Origin: an uncultured bacterium
Lineage (GTDB): Bacteria; Oederibacteriota; Oederibacteriia; Oederibacteriales; Oederibacteriaceae
Assembly: GCA_965112635.1 (NCBI GenBank)
Contig: OZ218778.1
Coordinates: 192,001-256,000, forward strand
DNA length: 64,000 bases
Reading direction: 5' to 3'
Shown in pieces: positions 50,103-61,932 of this stretch. The notes under the pieces are model-generated. The model had not been told where the DNA came from. It searched no databases and saw nothing but the letters and a program-made list of their open reading frames with translations. Every line of letters begins with the position of its first letter. The first letter of the stretch is position 1. The translations under genes were made by a program, and so were the position numbers.

Positions 50103-50874
50103 GGGATTCACTCTCCTTCCGGAACGCGTCCGCGTAGGCATTGAACCCGCGGAACATCCTCACCTGGTCGTCCTCTTTGACGCCCAGTTTGGCGAACTGC
50201 TGGCTCAAGGCGCCTGTATTGGGCGTTTCCTTGGGTCCAAAGCAGGCATAGCACCCGCGCAGGTAGGACGGGCAGAGGGCGTTGCAACCCGTCTGGGTCA
50301 CGGGACCCAGGCAGGGAGTGCCGTTGGCCACCATCACGCAGACCGAATTCCTCAGTTTGCACTCAATGCAGACCGCGTGGGCCGGGATGTTGGGCTTGCG
50401 GCCGTTCAAGAACGCGTTGGCGACCTCCAAAAGCTGGTACTTGCTGATGGGGCAGCCCCTGAGCTCAAAATCCACCGCCACATGGTCGCTGATGGCCGTT
50501 GATTTTTTGAGCGTGTGGATATATTGCGGGTTGGCGTAAACGATGTTGATGAAATCCTTGACGTCCTTGAAATTCTTGAGGGCCTGGATACCGCCCGCCG
50601 TGGCACAAGCGCCGATGGTGACCAGTACCTTGGACTGGCGCCGGATCTCGTGGATGCGTTCCGCGTCATGCGGGGTGGTGATGGAGCCCTCGACCAGGGA
50701 AAGCTCGTAAGGGCCCTTGACCACGGCCCGGGACGCCTCGGGAAAATTGGCGATATCGATGGCTCCCGCCACCGCCAAAAGCTCGTCCTCGCAGTCCAAA
50801 AGGCTCAGCTGGCATCCGTCGCAGGAGGAAAATTTCCAGACCGCTAATTTGGGTTTGCTGGGTTTTGTCGACAT
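50092..50874 (-). CDS. hydD: Group 3b hydrogenase small/delta subunit
   Basis: [38 protein letters not shown]. Confidence 0.9.
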   Translation of the reverse strand: MSTKPSKPKLAVWKFSSCDGCQLSLLDCEDELLAVAGAIDIANFPEASRAVVKGPYELSLVEGSITTPHDAERIHEIRRQSKVLVTIGACATAGGIQALKNFKDVKDFINIVYANPQYIHTLKKSTAISDHVAVDFELRGCPISKYQLLEVANAFLNGRKPNIPAHAVCIECKLRNSVCVMVANGTPCLGPVTQTGCNALCPSYLRGCYACFGPKETPNTGALSQQFAKLGVKEDDQVRMFRGFNAYADAFRKESESHEK

Positions 50875-50875
50875 A

Positions 50876-51715
50876 TTAGACCTCCCTCTTGCTGAAAATG
50901 AATTCGGCCTGGTCGGCCCGGAACACCGGACCGTCCTTGCAGATAAACATGGGCCCGAATTGGCAGTGCCCGCACAGCCCGATGCCGCAATGCATGTTGC
51001 GCTCCATGGAGTAGTAGACGTTGCTCTTGGGGATGCCGGCCTCCTGGAGGGCCATCAGGGAGAACCGCATCATGATCTCCGGCCCGACCAGCATGGCGAT
51101 GGTCTTTTTGGGCTCAAAGGAGACCTTGGGGACCAGGGTGGTCACCACGCCGACATTGCCTTTCCAGGTTTCGTTGCCGCGGTCCACGGTCACCTGGACG
51201 TCCATCTGTCCGGATTTGGCCCACTTCTCCAGCTCTTTGGGATACATGATGTCCTGGGGCGTCCTCGCTCCGTAGAGCAGGATGAACTTCCTGTATTTCT
51301 TGCGGTTGGCCAGGATGTGGTACAGGGCCGGCCGCAGGGGCGGCAGGCCGATGCCTCCGGCCAGGACGAGCACGTCCTTGCCTTCGGCTTCTTCCACGGG
51401 CCAGGCGCTCCCAAAAGGCCCGCGCACGCCCAGCTGGGCGCCTATCTTGGAATTGATGATGGCTTTGCTCACGACCCCCACCCCGCGGACCGTGTGGATC
51501 AGGTTGCCGCTGGAGGACGGGTCGCCGCAGATGGAAATGGGCACCTCGCCTTTGCCGAACACGTAGATCATATTGAACTGGCCCGGTTTGAACTTCATGG
51601 GCTTGGCCCCTTTGGCGGGCTTAAGCTCCAGGGTGGAAGTGTCCACGGTGTCCTGCTGGACCTTGACCACCTCATAAGGAACCGGCACCATCGCGTCTTT
51701 ATTGAGTTCTTTCAT
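50876..51715 (-). CDS. hydG: Group 3b hydrogenase gamma subunit (FAD/NAD(P)-binding, 2Fe-2S)
   Basis: [36 protein letters not shown]. Confidence 0.9.
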   Translation of the reverse strand: MKELNKDAMVPVPYEVVKVQQDTVDTSTLELKPAKGAKPMKFKPGQFNMIYVFGKGEVPISICGDPSSSGNLIHTVRGVGVVSKAIINSKIGAQLGVRGPFGSAWPVEEAEGKDVLVLAGGIGLPPLRPALYHILANRKKYRKFILLYGARTPQDIMYPKELEKWAKSGQMDVQVTVDRGNETWKGNVGVVTTLVPKVSFEPKKTIAMLVGPEIMMRFSLMALQEAGIPKSNVYYSMERNMHCGIGLCGHCQFGPMFICKDGPVFRADQAEFIFSKREV

Positions 51716-51725
51716 GATGTCCCCC

Positions 51726-52193
51726 TTATGGTTTAACGTTGTAAATGTTGAGTAACTGGAACCGGGCAGCTTCTAAGCGCTGGCTCATGATGACGCTGAA
51801 CCGGCGCAGCAGCTCATAACCGAGCTCATGGTTGGCCTCGCATTTGCCTCTCAGGCACTTGCCGTCCAGGGCGATGACCTGGGACATTTCTACGGCCTTG
51901 GCGTCAAAGCGGTTCTGGTAGGGCGGTATCAGCCACGACCAGCCCAGGATATCTCCTTCGCCCAGGGTCTGCACCGTGATAGGCCCGGCCTCGGGCGAAT
52001 AAACCTGGACCGCTACCTTGCCGCTGCGGATGATATAGAACTCATTGGCGTCCGCGCCCTGACGGAACAGGAACTGGCCCGGGTCATAACGCCGGTTGCT
52101 GGCGCAGCCCACGACGGTCTTGAGATGAGCGTTTTGCAGGCCTTTCAAGAACGGGTGCTTGGAAAGAATAGGTTCTAAGGTCTCTTTTTGCAT
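51726..52193 (-). CDS. Cyclic nucleotide-binding domain protein (no HTH)
   Basis: LFRQG...FYIIRSGKV...GDILGWSWL, 155 aa. Confidence 0.88.
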   Translation of the reverse strand: MQKETLEPILSKHPFLKGLQNAHLKTVVGCASNRRYDPGQFLFRQGADANEFYIIRSGKVAVQVYSPEAGPITVQTLGEGDILGWSWLIPPYQNRFDAKAVEMSQVIALDGKCLRGKCEANHELGYELLRRFSVIMSQRLEAARFQLLNIYNVKP

Positions 52194-52203
52194 GGTTCCT
52201 CCT

Positions 52204-53355
<1,152 letters not shown>

Positions 53356-53604
53356 ACTGCTCTCCTTTCGAGAAATTTAAAAAATGATAGCGTTATAGAT
53401 GTTCTATTATTATAGGCCTTTGCTCTTTCGTCTAATTTTTGTTGGAAAATGGAAGGTTATTTTTTTTGATGTGAGATTATACATTAAAAAATAATAAATT
53501 GTAAACATCCCCGGCATATATATATAAAGAAGAACAATAGGCCAATTTACATAGGTTTACTGGGTCAAATACCAGCGGAAAAATTATGGGTTGAAGGACC
53601 TGAA

Positions 53605-53729
53605 CATGCTCAAGCATGCGTGCTTAAACACGTGGTCGTTCAACGGACACACTCTTTTTACTCTTTATAGCCCTCGTATGAGGGGTCCCCGAACAGGCTC
53701 ACGTCATCACTGACGCATGCTTGAGCATG
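53605..53729. repeat. 17-bp perfect inverted repeat / REP-like palindromic element
   Basis: CATGCTCAAGCATGCGT (53605-53621) and ACGCATGCTTGAGCATG (53713-53729). Related copies at 53741-53773 (reverse) and 60816-60845. Confidence 0.65.
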
Positions 53730-53910
53730 CGCCTGCGCACCTCGTGCTAAAGCACGTGCACCTTGAGGGCATGAGGGCGTGGGGATACCTTAAATCCTTA
53801 TGGGGTTGTGCCCCGGATGTCTGCCCTACAAAGCTTTAGCGAAGTAGGGATGCTGGGAGGGGGTGTATTTGATCTAGTAAATACTGTTGGATTCTACCGG
53901 TTGGATTGCT

Positions 53911-54861
53911 TCAGCTTCCGTGCTCGTCCAGCCAGCGCAAGAGCTGGCTGATGCTTCCGGTCGCCAGGCTGATGTTGGTATCCGCCGCGCCGTAGTAAAG
54001 ATTAATGGTATCCTTGTCGGCCCCCAGCGTGTATCCGCAGGGGAACACCACATTGGCCACATCGCCATGGCGCTCGTAGTCGGCCTCAGGACTAAAGATC
54101 CAGGAGTCGCCGCGCTTCAGGCATTGGTCCGGCTTGTCGAGCGCCAAGAGCGCCGCGCCCAGGCGGTAGATACACCCGGCCGCCGTTTGCCGGACCCCGT
54201 GATAAAGCATCAGCCAACCCCGGGAAGTCTCGATCAAAGGCGGAGAAAGCCCGATCTTGTTGGCGTCCCACCAGGCTCCTTTACGCGCCTTGAGGACGGG
54301 CTTATGGTCTCCCCAGTTCTGCAGGTCAGGCGAGTAGGAGATCCAGATGTCCGCCTGCGAGTAGGTCGTCGGGCGGTGGATGAGCGCGTAACTGCCGTTG
54401 ATCCTGCGCGGCAGCAGAGTCGCGTCTTTGTCTTCCGGCTGCATGATCACGCCATAACGCTTGAAAACGCGGAAATCCTGCGTCTCGGCCAGTACCACGG
54501 CCGGGCCGCTTTTGCTGTAAGCGGTATACGCGACCATATAACTGCCGGACTCCTCAAAGTAGGTGATCCGCGGGTCCTCGATCCCCCAAAGCTCCTCGGG
54601 ATAATTCTGGGGATCAGGGCTGAGCGTGGGTTTTTGGTCAACGACCCACCCGTCTATCCCGTTCTTCGAGCGCGCCGCGCACAGGTGGGAATGCCCCCGC
54701 CGGTCCTCTACCCTGCAGAGCAGAAGCGTGGTGCCGTCCAAGAGCTTGATGGCGCCGGCGTTGAACACCGTATGGGCCGGATACGGCCAGTCATCCGCCG
54801 TCAGGATTGGATTTTTTTCATGCCGTTTAAAAAGGACCTCATACCCGTGTTCCATGCTCAT
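53911..54861 (-). CDS. GH130-family glycosidase/phosphorylase
   Basis: NPIL, VFNAGA, GIEDPR, DKDA, IHRP, YHGV, NVVFPCG, YYGAAD. Confidence 0.88.
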   Translation of the reverse strand: MSMEHGYEVLFKRHEKNPILTADDWPYPAHTVFNAGAIKLLDGTTLLLCRVEDRRGHSHLCAARSKNGIDGWVVDQKPTLSPDPQNYPEELWGIEDPRITYFEESGSYMVAYTAYSKSGPAVVLAETQDFRVFKRYGVIMQPEDKDATLLPRRINGSYALIHRPTTYSQADIWISYSPDLQNWGDHKPVLKARKGAWWDANKIGLSPPLIETSRGWLMLYHGVRQTAAGCIYRLGAALLALDKPDQCLKRGDSWIFSPEADYERHGDVANVVFPCGYTLGADKDTINLYYGAADTNISLATGSISQLLRWLDEHGS

Positions 54862-57116
54862 GGTTTTTTCCCCCGTCTGACAGTTTTTTCGCTGACAACG
54901 CCGATCCCGCCGCTGGAGTACATTTCCGCGAGCGCCAGCAGGAACGAGAGCGTGGACTCCGCGCCCTGGTTCGCGTTCACGGTGTCGCTATGGAGCCCGT
55001 CGCAGCAGCCGCCGGTCGATGGGTCGTAAAGTGATTGCTGCAAATGATTTTCCCCCAGCATCCAGTTAAAAGCCCGCCGCGCCTGCTTCGTCCACTGGCC
55101 GTCTCCGGTGACCCGCCCTGCCTCCAGGCAGGCCGAGACCATGCCGCAGGCTTCCACGGGCTGCTGGTCAAAAGCGGCCTTGGGCCCGCCCCGGCTGTAG
55201 AAGCCGTTCGAACCGACCGGCGCGAAAGTATCATCCCCGGAGCGCTGCACGGAGACCAGCCACCCCAGCGATCTCAAGCCCGCTTCCTTCATGATTTCAT
55301 CCCCCATCAGGTTCCCGGATACGAGGAGCGCCTGGGATAACCGCGCGTTGCAGTAGGTCACGCGGTCCTCGAACCAGGGCCAGTCGCTGGTGCTGGTCCG
55401 CTGAAAAAGTCCCAGGAGACGCTCCGCCAGGGTTTTTCTCACCGACTGGATGCCGCTGTCCCCCTGGAACGCGCGAAGGTATTCGTCGATCCCTAAAAGC
55501 GCGTACGCCCAGGCGCGCGGGCTGGAAAAACCCTGGACCGCGGGTAAAGCCGCGTAAAACAAGCTGCTACTGAGGCTCTGTTGTCCGGGATCGCTGGCGC
55601 GGCCGACCACGCTTCCCAGCGCCCAAAGGGCCCGGCCATGGCTTTCTTCGGAGCCGCATTCTTCGGCCCACTGCCGGGAATAGGTGAGGAAGTTACGGAA
55701 CCGGCCCTTTTCCGCGTTGAACGCGTTATTGACAAAGGCCAGATAACGGGAGGCCAGAGGAGTCACCTCTTTGGCCGTGACCGTGCCCGCGTCCTCCAGG
55801 AGCGTCATCAGGAGCAAGGCGCGCGCGTTGTCGTCAAGGCAGTAGCCGTCCTGGTACCGCGGGATGCTGAAGGCGGCGTGCTGCAATACTCCTGTCCCGT
55901 CCGTCATCAGCCGGAGGTGCTCTAGGTTGATCTCCGGAAGGTCAGCCGGCTGTTCCGCCAGCGTCCTGGCCTGGAACACCGTGCGCCGCCGGTCCGCTTG
56001 CCCGGATACGGCGCGTTCAAAACTCTTTAGATAGCTGGCCGCGACGCTGGGCCACAGCATTTCGCGGCCCAGGCTGGCGGCGCGCTGGCGCATGGCCAGC
56101 CGTTTCGCGTCATTACCCAGAAGGTCGTTGACGGCGTCCGCGATAGCCTTGGAGTCTTTCAAGGGGACCAGGACCCCGACGCCGTCGCGGAGCAGCTCCT
56201 GGGCGTGCCAGTAAGGAGTGGAGATGACCGCCCTGCCGGAACCCAGAGCGTAGGCCAGGGTCCCCGAGGTGGTTTGTTCCATATTAAGATAGGGCGTCAC
56301 GTAGATGTCCGTCGCGGATAGGAATTCCACGAGCTCGGCCTGGCTCACGAAGCGGTTATGAAAAATGATATTGGCGTCCACGCCCAGCCGCTGGGCGCGG
56401 TTTTCCAGCCCCAGCCGGTAGATCTCGCCGTGATGCTCTTTGACGTGGGGGTGGGTGGCTCCCAGCACGATGTAGACCGTGTCCGGATGCCGCCCCAGGA
56501 TGGCCGGCAGGGCTTCGATGACATACTCGATCCCCTTGTCCGGCGAGAGCAGTCCGAACGTAAGGAGCACGGATCTGCCCGCCACGCCGAGCTTGTCCTT
56601 GCTGAGGGAGTCGAACGGCACGGCCGGTATCCCGTGGGGGATCAAGTCGATCTTGTGGTCCGGGACCCCGTAGACCTTTCGGAGCGTCGCGGCGCCGCGC
56701 TCGGTCATGACCACGAGGCGCTCGGAAACCTGGACGAGTTCTTCCATCACGGCACGCTGGGGTTCATTGGGTTCGCTGAGCAGCGTGTGCAGGGTCGTGA
56801 CGACCGGCATCCGCAGCTCCCGGAGAAGCACCAGCAAATGGCTGCCGGCCTTGCCTCCGAAGATCCCGTATTCGTGCTGGACGCAGAGGACATCCACGGC
56901 GTTGACGTTCAAAAAATCCGCCGCCCGCCGGTACGAGGCGATATCGCTCTCGGTGATCTCGAAACGGACGCGGCCGGAGTAATCATAACGCCGGTCGGCG
57001 TCGTTCATGGCCAGCACGAACAGGTCTTTTTCAGGGGATTGGGCCGCGACGGCCTCAGAGAGGTCACCAGTGAAAGTGGCGATACCGCACAGGCGCGGGA
57101 CATAACTGCCCAGCAT
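54858..57116 (-). CDS. GT4 glycosyltransferase fused to a C-terminal (alpha/alpha)6-like domain
   Basis: PRLCGIATF, QHEYGIFGG, FGLLSPDKG, STPY; C-terminal GYCLDDNARAL, FDQQPVE, NQGAEST. True start may be 57158. Confidence 0.88.
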   Translation of the reverse strand: MLGSYVPRLCGIATFTGDLSEAVAAQSPEKDLFVLAMNDADRRYDYSGRVRFEITESDIASYRRAADFLNVNAVDVLCVQHEYGIFGGKAGSHLLVLLRELRMPVVTTLHTLLSEPNEPQRAVMEELVQVSERLVVMTERGAATLRKVYGVPDHKIDLIPHGIPAVPFDSLSKDKLGVAGRSVLLTFGLLSPDKGIEYVIEALPAILGRHPDTVYIVLGATHPHVKEHHGEIYRLGLENRAQRLGVDANIIFHNRFVSQAELVEFLSATDIYVTPYLNMEQTTSGTLAYALGSGRAVISTPYWHAQELLRDGVGVLVPLKDSKAIADAVNDLLGNDAKRLAMRQRAASLGREMLWPSVAASYLKSFERAVSGQADRRRTVFQARTLAEQPADLPEINLEHLRLMTDGTGVLQHAAFSIPRYQDGYCLDDNARALLLMTLLEDAGTVTAKEVTPLASRYLAFVNNAFNAEKGRFRNFLTYSRQWAEECGSEESHGRALWALGSVVGRASDPGQQSLSSSLFYAALPAVQGFSSPRAWAYALLGIDEYLRAFQGDSGIQSVRKTLAERLLGLFQRTSTSDWPWFEDRVTYCNARLSQALLVSGNLMGDEIMKEAGLRSLGWLVSVQRSGDDTFAPVGSNGFYSRGGPKAAFDQQPVEACGMVSACLEAGRVTGDGQWTKQARRAFNWMLGENHLQQSLYDPSTGGCCDGLHSDTVNANQGAESTLSFLLALAEMYSSGGIGVVSEKTVRRGKKP

Positions 57117-57334
57117 GGCGATCTTGCGGACTGCCTTTGGCGCGGTAAGGTTTTCGATAACTCCTCCGATGGCGCGCTCCTCGCTAAAGCAAGCGGAGAC
57201 AGCGTCACTTCTAATGTATCACCGAATCGCGGGTGGAATATCACGATCTTCAGTCCCCGCCCTAGAGTCCGCGAGAAATAGACATTCCATTAGATTTATC
57301 AGTTGTCCTAATGGCAGTATTTGAAAGGACGGAT

Positions 57335-57613
57335 TCATTTATATATTTCTCTTCTGTGCCCAATATCAATAATAATGACCAACAGCACATCGGATTTGAT
57401 CATATAAATGATCCGATAACTCCCTACCCGGTAGGAATACTGACCTTTTAAATCCCCATGAAGGGGCTTGCCCAGATACGGTTCCCTTTCCAGGCCGTGA
57501 AGAGCATTGCTGATCCTTTCATAAAGCGGCCTGTCTCGTTTTGCAAGCTTCTTATAAAATTTTTCTGCATCTTCCTGCAGGACAACAGTGTATTTATTCA
57601 ATTTCTTTTTCAA
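57335..57613 (-). CDS. Type II toxin, RelE/ParE family
   Basis: GKPLHGDLKGQYSYRVGSYRIIY...IGHRREIY. Confidence 0.9.
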   Translation of the reverse strand: MKKKLNKYTVVLQEDAEKFYKKLAKRDRPLYERISNALHGLEREPYLGKPLHGDLKGQYSYRVGSYRIIYMIKSDVLLVIIIDIGHRREIYK

Positions 57614-57860
57614 TCTCCTCTAATGGACGCACCTTGCCTTTCTTCACATTTTCCAGTCCCGCTTTAATTCTTTTCATGGCACTGCGGTCATTCAAAATAT
57701 CAAGGGTTTCCATCAAGGATTCATAATCCTCATAGCTCATAATTTCAGCCACAGGTTTGCCGTGGTTCGTGACCGTGACCCTTTCCAATTTATGGTCTAT
57801 CTTCTTAAGAACGCCGGGCAAGGTTTGCCTCAATTCCCTGACGCTCAAAACATTATTCAT
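57594..57860 (-). CDS. Type II antitoxin, Phd/YefM family
   Basis: VTVTNHGKPVAEIMSYEDYESLMETLDIL. Overlaps the toxin; ATG 57860 follows a GAGGAGG RBS. Confidence 0.9.
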   Translation of the reverse strand: MNNVLSVRELRQTLPGVLKKIDHKLERVTVTNHGKPVAEIMSYEDYESLMETLDILNDRSAMKRIKAGLENVKKGKVRPLEEIEKEIE

Positions 57861-57921
57861 CTGCAACACCTCCTCATTATGAAAATTTTATGTTAAGTAT
57901 AGCAGGAAAAGGGTTAATTTG

Positions 57922-57937
57922 GTACACAGATGTGTAC
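57922..57937. promoter_or_regulatory. Probable TA autorepression operator
   Basis: Palindrome GTACACA-GA-TGTGTAC about 60 nt upstream of the antitoxin start. Confidence 0.5.
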
Positions 57938-58094
57938 ACATTAGGCAAAGGTGTTCTGCCGAAAGTGCTTTTCGACATAAATACGCAAGTAAGGAAACGC
58001 ATTATTATAACTGGGCTTGCGCTTGTTTTGTCGTAAAGCTATTACGACATAAACACCCTTGAGTGGAAACGCATATTAAAATCTGCAAGGGTGT

Positions 58095-59144
58095 TTAGCA
58101 GATCCTCGGCAGTTGGTCTCCGCTGAGCATGTCCAGGATCCTTCTCACGCCGATTTTGCTCTCCAGCGTGACCTGGCCCTTGGCGGCATCCAAAACCTTT
58201 CCCACCACAGCCGCTTCTTTACCAAGAGGATGGGCCCTCATCAAGTTAAGGGCTTTTTTCTCGTCTTTTTCCGGCACAAACAAGGCAAACCTGCCCTCAT
58301 TGGCCACATACAAGGGATCCAGCCCCAGCATTTCACAGGCCGCCTGCACTTGATTGTTTACTGGGATGGCCTTTTCTTCCAGGGCTATTTCCCTGCCAGA
58401 GGCCTGGGCTATCTCCACCATTGTCGTAGCCAATCCGCCCCGGGTCAGGTCGCGCAAACAATGGACCTCGACCTCGGCCTTTAAGAGCTCCAGCACCAGG
58501 CCGGACAAGGGAGCGCAGTCGCTCTGGATGGTGGTTTCAAAATTCAACCCTTCCCGGCTGGCCATGATGGCCATGCCGTGCCTGCCCAAATCTCCGTTGA
58601 TGAGGATCTTGTCTCCGGGTTTGATGCTTTTGGGATGGATAACCAGCTTGTGGTCTATGGCTCCCACCCCGGCGGTATTGATATACACGCCGTCCCCCTT
58701 GCCTTTGTCCACCACTTTGGTGTCACCGGTCACGACCTGCACTCCGGCCTCTTCGGCTGTTTTGGCCAGGGACTGGACGATTTGCCACAAGGTTTCCATG
58801 GCCAAACCTTCTTCCAATATAAAGGAAGCGGAAAGATAGAGCGGCCTGGCCCCGCACATGGCCAGATCATTGACCGTGCCGCACACAGCCAGCTTGCCTA
58901 TATCCCCGCCGGGGAAAAATAAAGGTTTGACCACGAATGAGTCCGAAGTGAAGGCCAGTTTTTCCCGTGTCGTGGGGAACACCGCGCTGTCGTGCCCTGC
59001 TCCAGGCAGGTCATTTTTAAAGGCGGGCAAAAACATTTTTTCGATGAGCTGGTGCATGAGTTTGCCGCCGCTGCCGTGGCCCAGGGTCACGACCGGATAT
59101 TGGGCTATGGGGATGGGGCAGGTCAGATTAAATTCTTTAGGCAT
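58095..59144 (-). CDS. hypE: Hydrogenase maturation protein HypE
   Basis: [35 protein letters not shown]-terminal PRIC. Start MPKEF at 59144 with a AAGGAG RBS. Confidence 0.95.
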   Translation of the reverse strand: MPKEFNLTCPIPIAQYPVVTLGHGSGGKLMHQLIEKMFLPAFKNDLPGAGHDSAVFPTTREKLAFTSDSFVVKPLFFPGGDIGKLAVCGTVNDLAMCGARPLYLSASFILEEGLAMETLWQIVQSLAKTAEEAGVQVVTGDTKVVDKGKGDGVYINTAGVGAIDHKLVIHPKSIKPGDKILINGDLGRHGMAIMASREGLNFETTIQSDCAPLSGLVLELLKAEVEVHCLRDLTRGGLATTMVEIAQASGREIALEEKAIPVNNQVQAACEMLGLDPLYVANEGRFALFVPEKDEKKALNLMRAHPLGKEAAVVGKVLDAAKGQVTLESKIGVRRILDMLSGDQLPRIC

Positions 59145-59166
59145 AAATATGCTCCTTAAAAATTGT

Positions 59167-59236
59167 GTCCAAAGTCTCAAGTCCAATGTCCAAAGTTTTT
59201 GTGTAACTTTGAACTTTAAACTTTGAACTCGGAACT
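59167..59236. repeat. Opposed heptamer tandem repeats
   Basis: GTCCAAA/GTCTCAA/GTCCAAT/GTCCAAA followed by AACTTTG/AACTTTA/AACTTTG/AACTCGG. Confidence 0.7.
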
Positions 59237-59249
59237 ATCATTACTCCAA

Positions 59250-60335
59250 TCAATGCTTCCTATAGTTGTAATAAGCTGCGCAGGCGCCCTCAGGCGACAC
59301 CATCGGCGCACCCAGCGGCGTTTCCGGAGTGCAACGCGTGGCAAAAGCCGTGCATTCCTTGGGTTTTTTGATGCCCTGCAGGACCAGACCGCTGATACAC
59401 TCGGGGTCTTCGCTCACCGCCAGGTCTTGGAGGTCAAACTTTTTTTCCGCGTCATAGGCCGCATACTGGGGCCGCAGACCTAGGCCGCTCAAGGGGATCT
59501 CTCCGATACCGCGCCATTTGCGCGGTACGATCTGAAAAACTTCCTTGATGAGTGTCTGGGCAGGTAGATTGCCCTGCCTCTGGACACTGCGGGTATATTG
59601 ATTCTCCACTTTGGCTTCGCCTTTTTCCAGTTGAGCGATGCATAGATACAGCCCCTCTAAAATATCCACTGGTTCGAACCCCGTGACCACGATGGGAACT
59701 TTGAATTTCGCCGCCAGCGGTTCATACTCGGTATAACCCATGACCGTGCACACATGGCCCGCGGCCAGGAAGCCGTTGATCCTTTGGTTCGGGGAACTCA
59801 GGATCGCCTCCATGGCCGGCGGCACCAACACATGAGAGACCAGAATGGAAAAGTTCTTTATCCCCTGTTCCTTGGCCTGGAAAACCGCCATGGCATTGGC
59901 CGGCGCCGTAGTCTCAAACCCCACGGCAAAAAACACCACCTGTTTCCCTGGGTTTTCCCGGGCCAGCTGGAGACAATCCAGGGGTGAATACACCATGCGC
60001 ACATCCCCGCCCTGGGCCTTGGCCAACAACAGGTTCTCTTTGGTCCCGGGCACGCGCATCATATCGCCGAAAGAGCAAAAGATGATGTCAGGCCGATGGG
60101 CCAGCTGGATGGCCTTATCGATGAGCTCGACGGGTGTCACGCACACCGGACATCCCGGGCCGTGGATCAGGGTGATCCCCTTGGGCAACAGCTCATCCAC
60201 TCCGTACTTGACGATGGAATGCGTCTGTCCGCCGCACAGTTCCATGATGTTCCAGGGCTTGGTGGTTATCTTCTGGATAAGTCCGGCGATATGGCGGGCT
60301 TGTTCCGGGTCACGGTATTCGTCGATAAATTTCAA
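59250..60335 (-). CDS. hypD: Hydrogenase maturation protein HypD
   Basis: [38 protein letters not shown]. Confidence 0.96.
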   Translation of the reverse strand: MKFIDEYRDPEQARHIAGLIQKITTKPWNIMELCGGQTHSIVKYGVDELLPKGITLIHGPGCPVCVTPVELIDKAIQLAHRPDIIFCSFGDMMRVPGTKENLLLAKAQGGDVRMVYSPLDCLQLARENPGKQVVFFAVGFETTAPANAMAVFQAKEQGIKNFSILVSHVLVPPAMEAILSSPNQRINGFLAAGHVCTVMGYTEYEPLAAKFKVPIVVTGFEPVDILEGLYLCIAQLEKGEAKVENQYTRSVQRQGNLPAQTLIKEVFQIVPRKWRGIGEIPLSGLGLRPQYAAYDAEKKFDLQDLAVSEDPECISGLVLQGIKKPKECTAFATRCTPETPLGAPMVSPEGACAAYYNYRKH

Positions 60336-60577
60336 CCAATGCCTTCCCTTCCCAGGGCATCCATCTCACGAAAAGCTTCGTAGACTTTGGCCGCTTCTTT
60401 TTCATCCAACCGGCTGATGGCAAAACCCACATGCACATACACATAGTCGCCGACCTTAGCCTCAGGCACATAGGCCAGGCAGGCCTCTTTGATCACGCCT
60501 TCGTAACTCACTTTGCCCATACGGGTCTGGGCGTTCTCTTCAATGCTAATGATCTTACCGGGTATGGCTAAACACAT
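60332..60577 (-). CDS. hypC: Hydrogenase chaperone HypC
   Basis: MCLAIPGK...[13 protein letters not shown]. Confidence 0.95.
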   Translation of the reverse strand: MCLAIPGKIISIEENAQTRMGKVSYEGVIKEACLAYVPEAKVGDYVYVHVGFAISRLDEKEAAKVYEAFREMDALGREGIG

Positions 60578-60877
60578 AATTAAATACCTCCCAGACCAGC
60601 TTGCAAATTTTCAACATACTTTCCCTCTAAAGCTGGTCTTTATCGTAAAGTGCTTTCAACAACCTTATTATTATCATTATTTCACGAATCATTAGTCCGG
60701 GCAACCGCTTCAAGTATTATCTGATGAGACTTTTTCGGCGGACTAATGAGGTTGACTTTCCCCTCTGGGCTTGTTAGCTTTTTTTTGCACTGGGCAACAG
60801 CCCAGCCCGGAGCGCCATGCTCATGCATGCGTGCTTTAGCACGAGCCAAAGGATCATTCTTGGCAAGCGAAGGTGCA

Positions 60878-60917
60878 GTTCGTATGCTATTCTATAAAAA
60901 ATTAATAGCATACGAAC
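60878..60917. promoter_or_regulatory. Palindromic operator, candidate NikR site
   Basis: Perfect 14-bp arms GTTCGTATGCTATT-N12-AATAGCATACGAAC, between hypC and the operon that carries nikR. Confidence 0.55.
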
Positions 60918-60969
60918 CAGCATCAATTATTCAATTTTTTGTAAAGAACTTTAAATTAGGAGGAAATAA

Positions 60970-61894
60970 ATGTTCCCCTCCAAAGTCTATCTATTCATTT
61001 TCACACTGCTCCTATTATCCTTGACCAATCAGGGCCTGTGCCATGTGATACCCACTACTCCTAATGATGACTGGAATCCAGTTTCCACCGGCCCCATCAA
61101 CACCTGGACCGCTTCCCTGGAACCCGCCGGGGAACTTAACACTCAGCTCTTTGTTTTTTACACCATGACCACGGGATTTTATGACGGGGCGGGAAAGTTC
61201 TGGTCATTGCCGGATAACACCACCAAGACCCAGTTCCAGGAGCAGCTGTTCCTCCAATATGCTATCAACCCTATGTTTGAAATGGATGCCCAACTTTCCA
61301 CTTTTCAAAATACGCTCAAGGTCGGCGACCAGACTTCCTATTATAGTGGCCCGGGTGACTCGATCTTCTTTTTGCGTTATGCCATCGCCACCGAAACTCA
61401 TCCTTACCCCTTCCTGACCGGCGTACTCCAGCTCAGGGTTCCCTCGGGCAATTTTCTTAACCAAACCTCCACCCTAAGGACTTCTGATCTCACCGGCACG
61501 GGAAGCGTGGGCAGTGGGTATGGGGTTGATGGCCACCAAAAAACTCAAACCATTCTTGCTGCATACCGACCTCATCTACAATGTACCCTTACAGACCCAG
61601 ACCAATATCACTTCTATTAACTACGGCGACTCCGTGAATTATGACCTGGGTGCCGAATACTTTATGTCCTACGGATTTAACCTGTCCATGGAGATGAATT
61701 ATATCTACGAGGCCACTGGCAGTATTTATGGCTTATTCACTCCCGGCGTTTCGGGTAACTACCTCATGCTGACCCCGGGACTAGGCTGGGCCGTAAAAAA
61801 TACCCAGTTACTACTCGGCTATCAATGGGGACTCTATGGCGTCAACACCGATGCCCTAAGTTCCTATGTCTTTACCGCCTCGGCTCCGTTCTAA
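60970..61894 (+). CDS. Putative outer-membrane beta-barrel transporter (phenol-degradation meta-pathway-like), frameshifted near 61503
   Basis: Signal peptide, TGPINTW, GPGDS...LRVPSG. Removing one A near 61503 gives TGTGAWAVGMGLMATKK in frame with 61514..61894. C-terminal Phe. Confidence 0.6.
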
Positions 61895-61932
61895 AAAAAC
61901 ACTCGTCGGACAAAACTTAAGGAGGCAAAATT

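Noticed and set aside
53887-55029. 380-aa plus-strand ORF
   Set aside because: Antisense to a well-supported GH130 gene and has no recognisable motifs.
57945-58098. Integron attC sites
   Set aside because: No RYYYAAC/GTTRRRY boxes at the hairpin ends and no integrase.
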